A stretch of DNA of 63,927 nucleotides, counting the filler, from Aduncisulcus paluster (Eukaryota), in NCBI GenBank assembly GCA_024181965.1. It is 7 parts of 7 records of this genome, joined end to end, with 100 filler letters (N's around TTAATTAATTAA, not from the genome) between each part and the next. Parts side by side here need not be neighbours in the genome. Positions count along the whole stretch, not along the records: positions 28,749 to 39,770 come from BQXS01012573.1; positions 39,871 to 57,070 come from BQXS01012574.1; 5 more parts are not named here. One strand, given 5' to 3'. Positions 35,701 to 45,320 of the stretch are shown one piece after another. Each line of letters starts with the position of its first letter. Positions within the stretch are counted from its first letter, which is position 1. Position numbers and translations under genes: made by a program. The notes beneath the pieces were generated by a model. It was not told the DNA's origin. It saw only the letters and a list, made by a program, of their open reading frames with translations, and ran no database searches.

Positions 35701-37480
35701 TCCTTTCTTCTTCTTTCCTCTTTCTCTCCTCTTCAACCTTTTGGGGCAGCATCCAGAGTTTCCCACCACACATACAGGGAAGGTTATATGTGATTGCTTC
35801 GAGTAATTCCATTGCACGGACTCTGACTACTCCACTCTTGTCACATACACGCTCTACACACATCTCGGCTGTAGGTAAGAAGGAAGTGGCTGGCAATAGC
35901 GAAATGGAAGAGACTTCTGACTTGTCACACACACACGTTAAAGCATATAAACAAGAACTACGCACAGGATAGGAAGAATCTAAAGCTGCATGGTTAAGAA
36001 GAGTCGAAAGGAGTTCCTTAACAAACTGAGAATTGTGTGAATGTAGAGCATTTGATAATTTCTTATTAGATTCGATTCCATCTTGTTCAGCATCATGAGA
36101 ATTATTCTTACTTGGACTTGTTCCATCTCTATCTCCGGCAGAAGTTAAAGCAGCTTCTTCCTCTTCCTTTTGCTGTTTGATTTTATCTCCTAAATCCTCA
36201 TCTCGTTGCATTCTGAATGTTTCTGAGTCCTCTTCTTCATCCTCAGCTTGCATCTGCATGTCATCAGCACCTATAAAATCACCAATAACAATTCCCCCAC
36301 TCTTCCTTCTTAATTTTGAATGGACAACTGATCCATTGTGAAACATTCCACAACATACGCATGCCTGACTCACCCAATCAAATGCAGACCCAGACCGTAA
36401 CAGGAAAGCTCCACCTCTTACAGCTGATCCAATGAGTTTTGCAACGAGAGAACGTTCATTTTCACTCGTAGAAGTAAGTATATCCGAGACTGAATATGGA
36501 ATAGAATCAAGAGAGAAATGGCTACCAGAAGTTTCGTTGGAGGAGAGAGAAGATAATGGGAAGAATTCATCCTTGATAACAAGAGCATAGAGGAGGAAGT
36601 ACATTCCAGCCTCAAGGAGGGAATAGTCCATAATCTCATCAGATTCCCTGTGTTTCTTGAAGAGTAGACTTGCTGATGAGTTTGAGAGGATAACACTTTG
36701 CACCGCTGGATGATAACTAAATTTATGAGGAATATCGCCAGAATTCATGTAGAAACATTCCTCACATGAACCAATTTGGAGATTATATTTCTTTTTCATC
36801 AAGGATTTATGAAATGAACTTAGAGCTTTGGTTAGAGGATGCATTGACCTTGTCCCTGATAAATCTGAAGCTTTTTCGTCCAATAAAGTTATTTTTTCAC
36901 ACCAAGCAGCAATAATGTTACTCGTTAACGTCATACGCATCCAAGAACCACACAAAGAAACGGAAAGTGCAATATACCCGAATTTTCTGGAGGATAATGC
37001 GTCAATAAGGGAACAACATGTCATCATATTTAATATTTCACAAATGAAAGCTATTGTTATCGACTGGCAAATGAATGCTTCACCATTATCCATGCTCTCT
37101 TGATTACTTTCAAAATATGAAACAAATACTTGGGAAAATTCAACAGGAATAGGTATGTCTCCATATGGAATTATCTGTTTTGACTGAAAACTATTTAATA
37201 ATTCTTTTTGATCATGATCTGATAAACACGACAAATATATTGATTGCAACCCTAACCACATTAAATATAGATTATTTTTTTCAGGTGAGCTATCAATTGA
37301 ATTCAATGACTTTCCCTTTTTAGGCCATAATGATGCACACTCACACCAGAGTGCCACGCTTTCAGAGATATCTGGAAAATCGTCGTCACACACACTATTT
37401 TGATAAAATGTTGCATAATATTGTTCTACTGGATTAATTAATGTACTTTGCAATTGTTCTAATTTTTCATCTAAGCTCAT
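32758..37480 (-). CDS. NCAPD2: Condensin HEAT subunit CAP-D2/Cnd1-like (CAP-D3 not excluded), split by a frameshift near 35040-35100
   Basis: DSSYPVRSSCL...DKSGVVRVRAMELLEAITYNLP in ORF1; Cnd1-type DCAMKYPS...DLRNCAIYICVNLLRADVIK in ORF2. Confidence 0.7.
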
Positions 37481-37822
37481 ATTACAACCTGTTGCGAAAA
37501 AAAGGAATGCAAAACTTAGAAGAACATAAAAAGAATAGTGAATTGCATATTTTAACTAAATCAGGTATGAAATAACAATCTTGATTCTATAAAATACACT
37601 ATTAGGCCAAATTGCAACGATATAGGCATTTTTCAATCCCTCCTCTATCTTAGAATATCTTTTGAATTATTATTGATATTTTCTTTATATTTTCAATTTG
37701 AAACTGAAATAATAACATTAAAATCAGTAGCATCTATTTATTGAATGGGCAGATTTCTTTTCAGCTTTTCGTTGTTGATTAGAAAATATATTCCCTATAA
37801 TTGTTGATGAAATACGATAATA

Positions 37823-39770
37823 ATGCCCGTTAAAATAGAAGAAATTTTAGAACCAGAAAATTTGGCAACAATTCATCAGTTAGTACTTTCATCTACCCAC
37901 ACAGTTGCTCGAAAATCATTTCAACTTCCAAGTATTATAAAAAGATTTATAAATGCCTCTGGGAAAAATGGAGAAAAGATATTGAGCCCGACATCCTCAT
38001 ATGAGAACTCTAGATATTTTCACGATATTCCTCCAAAATGGAGTACAAAGTTAAAACCGGAGAAGAATTTAGCTTTAATTGAATTTAAAATAGCCTCTAG
38101 AAAAGATAAATTTCCATTATTGTTTCAAATTGATTTTGCAGCACCACCTCCAACTCCCACTCCTTCCGCTCTTTCTTCCCATAAGAATTCTACAACCAAT
38201 CGCACCTCATTTCTGTCAACGAGATCGCGTTTTTCTTCTTCAACCCCTTCGCCCTTTTCTAGCGTTTCTGCAAGGCCTGGTGACCCTCCAGGTGCCAATA
38301 TTCCTGACCTCCCCACTTCTCTGTAANNNNNNNNNNNNNNNNNNNNGCACCACCTCCAACTCCCACTCCTTCCGCTCTTTCTTCCCATAAGAATTCTACA
38401 ACCAATCGCACCTCATTTCTGTCAACGAGATCGCGTTTTTCTTCTTCAACCCCTTCGCCCTTTTCTAGCGTTTCTGCAAGGCCTGGTGACCCTCCAGGTG
38501 CCAATATTCCTGACCTCCCCACTTCTCTGTCATCAGTTGACCCATTATCGACACAATTACCAGGCCTTCCGCTACATCTTAGTATCTTAACGGGATCTTC
38601 CCATGAATTATTATCTCCCATAGTATCTCATTCAATCTCTTCCCAGTGTTGTGGAGTCAGGATGTTACTGCAACATAGTGTTGTCAAAGATTATATATGC
38701 GTTGTTTTGAGTGGTTCATGGGATAGCGTTCGTACATTCAGCCCTTCAGCCCCAGTGCATGCAATAGATAAACTCTCTTCACTCCCTACATCATATATTC
38801 ATGTTCAGAGACTCTTCATGTGCCAGTTGACAGATAAATATATAATAGATAATCTTCAAGACCGTATGCACTCACTTCCTAGATCCCAGAGAGGTCTTCT
38901 CAGGAAGCAAGCCGATAGAAGTCGTTCCTTACACAAAGAAGAGAGTATCTCTATTCAAGTAACTCCCATGTCACCAACGTTATCGCCCAGTCCTCCATTA
39001 ACTACAGGGCTAATTCCACAGGATGCAAGCGATCCAGCCTTTATGGATGAGATTGTCTCTGCATTGAAACATGAAAATTCAAGACCGGAGACAAAAGCAG
39101 AGATGGCAGAACGGATTCGAAGGGAAATTAGAGAGAAAATACGCAAGGAAGAGAGGGAAATGGGTATCCAACAACCCTATTCTTCCACTCATCCGGTGAG
39201 TACCAAGGTTGTTGGTAATTCAAGCCCTACCATTCCCTCAACTTCTACAGTTCCTTCTCATTCTATTTCCAGCAAACCGATCCATGTTGTTCCCAAACCG
39301 ATCCCTGTTGTTCCCCCCACTGATCATCATGTCAACAACAATTCTCCCCCAAGAAGAGCTGTCATATGGTCCCAAGAAATACCAAAAGAATCACCGTCAC
39401 ACAAGCCAATATTGAGTCCTATTCGTTCTATTTCCCCCACTAAACAGACTTCCCCCCGTCGTAGTATGATCCCTTCCACTCTGACAACCTCAACTAAACA
39501 TTTACTCAGTCGCATCGAAGGTGACCCAATCATCGCTCGTTCTTCCATCATTTCCAGTCATAGTCATCACAATGATAATTATGACAATGTCACTGATGTC
39601 ACTGATGTCACTGATGTCACGCTTGAGACTCCAGGGGATGCTGATAGCACAGGTGATGAGATGATGGCTCCAGTTGAAGAAGAAGAGCAGGACACTCCTC
39701 CTTCAATACATAATAGTTCCGGTGGTGTAAACATGAGTGCTATATCCCCTTTCCTTGAAGAATCTTCATC
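37823..39770 (+). CDS. Hypothetical Ser/Pro-rich protein (3'-partial)
   Basis: After removing the duplicated flank at gap 38327-38346, ORF 37823 reads in frame (TSLSSVDP...CCGVR) into ORF 38662. Confidence 0.7.
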
Positions 39771-40187
39771 NNNNNNNNNNNNNNNNNNNNNNNNNNNNNN
39801 NNNNNNNNNNNNNNTTAATTAATTAANNNNNNNNNNNNNNNNNNNNNNNNNNNNNNNNNNNNNNNNNNNNAGTTGTTCAATGAGCTTACCCGAAACAACA
39901 ATGCATCAGATCCCAGTTCCTTTAGTCCTGCCTGTAATTGGACTAAGGGGGCGATGTTGGGATTGATTTGATTTGATTTAATAAATTTGTCGACCCGTGG
40001 ATAATTTTTATAAAGTTTTATTCACGATTAACACAATAATGTCCATATCATCAACAGAGGGAGAATATGATTATCTACGGTCTTTAAAACGCACAAATAA
40101 GAACTAACTTCAAGACTCACTGATGTGGAGTGATGAAGAAAAGCTGTCACATTTGAAGATGTCTTGATAGCAGTCTTCTAGCTTCCC

Positions 40188-40215
40188 CACAGGTGGCAAA
40201 GTTTTGTCGGGAAAA
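40188..40215 (+). repeat. Left terminal inverted repeat (28 bp)
   Basis: Exact reverse complement of 44306-44333. Confidence 0.95.
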
Positions 40216-40675
40216 AGTTTTGAATGAGTATTATGAAATCATGCATTTGAGCCCACATGACAAATTCACAATAGCTATACGAAATTAATGATACTGCTCA
40301 TGATACTTTCAATTTGAAGGCTGCTTGCTATTTTTAGCAAACATGTGAAAATATAATAAATGCTTCTGAAATACATTCGAATTCATGAAAAATCATCATT
40401 CAAAATAGCCTATTATTTATTCCAAATTAATTCGAGGTCAAAAATATATGTTTAATGCTGAGTATTTATTATATAATATGGCCATGAAAAAAAAAAACTC
40501 AACATTTGGCCTTTATCCCTTAAATAAAGGAATCCACATTTAAAATATTATTTGATTAATTTATAAAAAACCAAAATAGAGAAGATAATAACTTTTTTTC
40601 GATTTTTGTCCATACTATAAAGAATATGGAAAAAAATACGATATATGTAAATAAAAGCAGTTTACATTAAATATA

Positions 40676-41083
40676 TCAATCAAATTCCTCTTGTTCAGCT
40701 GGAGGACGAAGGGTATTATATAATAAATGTCGAGTAGCGATGATAATTATTGGTATAAAGCGCTTTTCATAGGACTCAACGACGGCCTGAAGTTCTTTTG
40801 CTCGACTGGGTGCAATTGAATATGGATCAAACATTCCATGGAGATCGGTTTTCATTTCGGCTGTTGTTTTCTCAATTTCAGAAAATCTTCGCTCCATGGA
40901 ACACATTTTTTCCTTCATATCAAGCATAATACTCTTCATATCAAGGATTAGTTTGTCCTGAGCGCTTTGAGCATCGATACCTTTCTTAATTCCACAATGA
41001 AGAAAAGAAACCCACCTATCAGCAGCGTGCATTGTAACTGGATCATCTGGATTCGATGATATAGCAGGAGGAATAGAAGATCG
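40676..41083 (-). pseudogene. Truncated copy of element ORF B in the deleted variant
   Basis: 40687-41083 matches 43342-43738; ends PPAEQEEFD* at the deletion junction. Confidence 0.85.
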
Positions 41084-41645
41084 NNNNNNNNNNNNNNNNN
41101 NNNCGGGAAAAAGTTTTGAATGAGTATTATGAAATCATGCATTTGAGCCCACATGACAAATTCACAATAGCTATACGAAATTAATGATACTGCTCATGAT
41201 ACTTTCAATTTGAAGGCTGCTTGCTATTTTTAGCAAACATGTGAAAATATAATAAATGCTTCTGAAATACATTCGAATTCATGAAAAATAATCATTCAAA
41301 ATAGCCTATTATTTATTCCAAATTAATTCGAGGTCAAAAATATATGTTTAATGCTGAGTATTTATTATATAATATGGCCATGAAAAAAAAAACTCAACAT
41401 TTGGCCTTTATCCCTTAAATAAAGGAATCCACATTTAAAATATTATTTGATTAATTTATAAAAAACCAAAATAGAGAAGATAATAACTTTTTTTTCGATT
41501 TTTGTCCATACTATAAAGAATATGGAAAAAAATACGATATATGTAAATAAAAGCAGTTTACATTAAATATATCAATCAAATTATCGACAAAATATAATAA
41601 AAAAGTTGTGAACAACATTAATTTCAATTTTGATCAAGAATAGCA

Positions 41646-42704
41646 ATGGTATTTATAATTTCTTATAAATTCGGGCATTTTAGACAATGGGATGACATTA
41701 GCCGCGTCGAACTCCTGTCTTACAACGACTCTCTCTCATTAGTATCGAATCGATCGTTCGAAACCATTTTCCATGCCCAAACCATCCTTCAACAGTTCGA
41801 TTCTGAACTTCCAAAGATCCCCATCGTTAAAACATCACAAAACGAATTCTATTTAGGGATAAGTCCATCAAAAGATATTCTATTGCTTATTTCCCTTGGG
41901 ATCTCATTGTCAGGCACGTTATCGGGATCAAAATTAAAGGATTGGCTTTCGGCTGTAGGTCTAAAAATAGAAAACATCTATAGTTCCCTTAACTCGGTCT
42001 CTATCCTTCCACCAGATATTTCTTTACCACCAATAGATCAAATGAGAACCACTATATGTTTTTTTCTAAAATTTTCATCGGTTTCCACAAATTTTAATTT
42101 TCAAACTTTCATTCCCCCAGATTCGAATATGTCTTCTCTTTCTCCATTATTGGAGTTAATAATTTCTGGTAAACTTACAAAATCGGTTCTGAGACAGTTG
42201 TATGAGATTGCCGGTCCATCGCGTCTATTACGCCTCCCAAGCCAAAAAGAAATTGAAAAGGCTTTCAAGCGAAATGTTTCAATCGAAAGAGTGATGTGTG
42301 TTCACGGTACAAAGGTAGTAGATGAGGCAAAAGCAGTTATTGAAATAACAGAAGAAGAAGAAGAGAGACTTGCAGCACGATTGGCAATATTGAGTGAGAC
42401 AAGGGAGAGAGAGAGTGAAGAAGTAGAGATTTCGAGAGAATTAACACGAGAAGAACGGGCCAGAGAGAGAGAAAGGAAACAAAAAGAGAGAGAAGAGAAA
42501 GAAGAAAGAGATTTGAGTCCTGAAAATGATATTCCCACTGAATATCAAAGAGCCTATGGGAAAATATTGACCAAACAACTCGTTCTTCCACCAGACATCA
42601 CGATTGCTGAAGTTGGTGAAACTGTTATTCCGATTTTCTACTGTGATAACTATAAGAAAATAGAATATGATATCTCAGAAATTGACTTTCTTGAGACAGA
42701 ATAA
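41646..42704 (+). CDS. Element ORF A, hypothetical protein
   Basis: 352-aa ORF inside the TIRs; E/R-rich helix; no complete DDE domain recognisable. Confidence 0.75.
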   Translation: MVFIISYKFGHFRQWDDISRVELLSYNDSLSLVSNRSFETIFHAQTILQQFDSELPKIPIVKTSQNEFYLGISPSKDILLLISLGISLSGTLSGSKLKDWLSAVGLKIENIYSSLNSVSILPPDISLPPIDQMRTTICFFLKFSSVSTNFNFQTFIPPDSNMSSLSPLLELIISGKLTKSVLRQLYEIAGPSRLLRLPSQKEIEKAFKRNVSIERVMCVHGTKVVDEAKAVIEITEEEEERLAARLAILSETRERESEEVEISRELTREERARERERKQKEREEKEERDLSPENDIPTEYQRAYGKILTKQLVLPPDITIAEVGETVIPIFYCDNYKKIEYDISEIDFLETE

Positions 42705-42763
42705 TAATTAAATAAAAGATATAGAAATACCAGATTTTTTTTTTTAATAAACCCGTTGCATGA

Positions 42764-43963
42764 TTACCATGAAAGGAAGTCACCTTGTTGAGTTCGCATG
42801 GATGATTCATCGATCGATTGAGAAGCAGGAATACTGAGCCGTGAGCTGGAGTTGGGAACTCTTGAAGATGGGACAGAGAATTCAGTAAGCCGTTGAGCAT
42901 TGTGTGTGGCTAGACTCTGAATTCGTAACTGTTCAATTTCACTTTGGGAGGGCAAACGTTGACTAACTCCAGAATCAGGATCTTCGGCATCATCATGATG
43001 ATCATCATGATCTTCTTCGTTTTGACTCACAACAGTATTGTCAGTACCTCTAGAACTTGTTGGAGTTGATCTTCTTCCTATAATACCATCAACAACCCAT
43101 GGATCAAAAAGAGCTGGGAACCAGAGAGAACTAGTAGTTCCATGGAAGTGCCGCCGAAATTTTTCACGAGTAGCCCTTTTATACCTTTTCAAATTGTTAA
43201 AAGATGAACGAGTTCGACGGACAGCGTCGCCAATGAACCGATCTCTTTCTATTCGATCAAGAGATCCAATATAGGTTTTCAGAGAAGTAGAAATTGATGG
43301 ATGTTCAATTGCCCGGCATACAAATTCACGTACTTCACAACCCTCTTGTTCAGCTGGAGGACGAAGGGTATTATATAATAAATGTCGAGTAGCGATGATA
43401 ATTATTGGTATAAAGCGCTTTTCATAGGACTCAACGACGGCCTGAAGTTCTTTTGCTCGACTGGGTGCAATTGAATATGGATCAAACATTCCATGGAGAT
43501 CGGTTTTCATTTCGGCTGTTGTTTTCTCAATTTCAGAAAATCTTCGCTCCATGGAACACATTTTTTCCTTCATATCAAGCATAATACTCTTCATATCAAG
43601 GATTAGTTTGTCCTGAGCGCTTTGAGCATCGATACCTTTCTTAATTCCACAATGAAGAAAAGAAACCCACCTATCAGCAGCGTGCATTGTAACTGGATCA
43701 TCTGGATTCGATGATATAGCAGGAGGAATAGAAGATCGATCTCTTGGTGCAGAAGGGCCATTGAATGTTGATATAGGATGTTGCAACGGAATTGCTGTTG
43801 GGGCTTGTAGTGGCGAGAGGACTGGTGGCGTGATTTGTTGTCCACTTTGTGATAAATGATCATTCGTGGAAGGTTGAGAACTTGAATTTATAATAGACGA
43901 TTGTCTTGGACTTCTTCTCGTGAGCGGCGTGGTTTCAGGTTGTGGATGCATAATATTTTGCAT
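42764..43963 (-). CDS. Element ORF B, hypothetical; disordered N-terminus, short coiled coil, helical domain with basic end (possible DNA-binding accessory protein)
   Basis: 399-aa ORF convergent with ORF A; RRTRSSFNNLKRYKRATREKFRR basic helix. Confidence 0.75.
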   Translation of the reverse strand: MQNIMHPQPETTPLTRRSPRQSSIINSSSQPSTNDHLSQSGQQITPPVLSPLQAPTAIPLQHPISTFNGPSAPRDRSSIPPAISSNPDDPVTMHAADRWVSFLHCGIKKGIDAQSAQDKLILDMKSIMLDMKEKMCSMERRFSEIEKTTAEMKTDLHGMFDPYSIAPSRAKELQAVVESYEKRFIPIIIIATRHLLYNTLRPPAEQEGCEVREFVCRAIEHPSISTSLKTYIGSLDRIERDRFIGDAVRRTRSSFNNLKRYKRATREKFRRHFHGTTSSLWFPALFDPWVVDGIIGRRSTPTSSRGTDNTVVSQNEEDHDDHHDDAEDPDSGVSQRLPSQSEIEQLRIQSLATHNAQRLTEFSVPSSRVPNSSSRLSIPASQSIDESSMRTQQGDFLSW

Positions 43964-44305
43964 AAAATATCGAAAAAGAAAGAATTTAAATCAAACAGCT
44001 ATCGAAAACATACAAGATTTCATAAAAGAATGCAAAAAAATAGTTTGGAAGTTTTTGCAAATTGATTCTTTCGAAAAATTAAAACTTGGTGAATTTTTTC
44101 TTTTTTTTTTTTTCATAATCCAATTTAGAATGGTTGTATTTTGCATATACCAGATTCCTGGAATTAATTCGTTTGGATGAATGAGTTTTTCAAATGTAAC
44201 AACAATATTTTACCGATTTCACATATATGACATTTTTATTGGGGTTCAAAACAAATTGAAACATTTGTGAATGATGGTTTGAGATGCTCGATGGAGTTCA
44301 TGACA

Positions 44306-44333
44306 TTTTCCCGACAAAACTTTGCCACCTGTG
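44306..44333 (-). repeat. Right terminal inverted repeat (28 bp)
   Basis: ttttcccgacaaaactttgccacctgtg. Confidence 0.95.
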
Positions 44334-45042
44334 CCAGGGAAGCCTTCCCTTTACTGTAAGGAGAGAGGTTGTGAAAGTTTATAGTCCAGCATGAAACTTT
44401 AGAATGCAAGTACATGTCGAATTATACTTCATTTCTGTTGTCATCTTGTCGGAATCATCCAAAATCGAGTGTTTTGTGAAAGAATCTTTCTGTCCAACCC
44501 TATACACAGAAATAAACTCAAGAATAAGGATATATTTCCTAGTATTTGCTGGAAACTGCAAAGAATATTTCGGGGATATGAATAGATAACGATTTGTCAT
44601 CAATCGCCTTTCTTGTCATCAATCACGGGTTATCTCATTTTCATTGTTCATGTGATCATGATATCTTTGAGTTTTTGTCAGAGTATTTCATGCTTAATGG
44701 GATCAACTATCGTCTAAACAAAAGTTATTGATTTGAAAACATATCCTGAATGAGTTGGTGCATATCTCAATGTTTTATGCCTGAGGAATGGTGGGTATAT
44801 TTAACTATATTTCATGGATATGATCAAATAGTATGAAATGATGATGAATCAACATCCTTTGTCAATCTTCAAAAGGTTACCTTTTCGGTTTCATATTAGA
44901 CAAGAGTCTTCAACAGACTTCAACAAATTCGAAGCCATTTTATAATAATTTTTAAAACCACCACATTTTTTTTTTTTTTTTTCCTACATTGTACAACCTT
45001 TGTAGGTTTTAATTTGAAAGGTCACAATGCCATGGAATTTAT

Positions 45043-45150
45043 TCCGGGTGTCGTTTTGTCAACATCAGCTTGGGTCACACCCCTTGTGCTCGAAAGGGCT
45101 GCATATCCAGTGATGGCCATCGGCGAGCTTCATCTGGGCGGACCGGTGGA
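45043..45150 (-). ncRNA. Candidate structured RNA (unclassified)
   Basis: GC-rich island in AT-rich intergenic DNA; nested stems GGUCCGCCC/GGGUG(U)GACC, GCUCG/CGAGC, GGC/GCC on the minus strand. Confidence 0.3.
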
Positions 45151-45320
45151 AAATAACATGCCAATTGCAAAAATACAATGTCAATGATTGACAAGTATCG
45201 ATGGAAAAATAATGGAAAATAATAATATAAAACCATTGGTATTATTACCAACCAATTATAGGAACTTATCATAGATATAATTTAGAATTATTATCATATA
45301 GTTGAATAAATTCTACATTA

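Larger units (their letters stand above)
40188..44333. mobile_element. TIR DNA transposon (CAC...GTG ends; CMC/EnSpm- or Transib-like): internally deleted variant 40188-41083 plus full version 41104-44333
   Basis: Perfect 28-bp TIR CACAGGTGGCAAAGTTTTGTCGGGAAAA at 40188-40215 and its reverse complement at 44306-44333; CC on both outer sides; two convergent ORFs inside. Confidence 0.85.

Noticed and set aside
41583..43341. Deleted segment as a spliced intron (retrocopy)
   Set aside because: Minus-strand ends are GT...AT, not GT...AG, and the segment contains a whole antisense ORF
41646..43963. ProtoRAG (RAG1L/RAG2L) assignment
   Set aside because: Layout and CACAG ends are reminiscent, but the ORFs are too short and lack RAG1 core or kelch/PHD features
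45073..45144. tRNA-Sec, SECIS, 5S rRNA or HDV-like ribozyme
   Set aside because: No UCA anticodon arm, no 3' GA quartet or apical AA, no 5S internal boxes, and the P1/P2 pairings are missing
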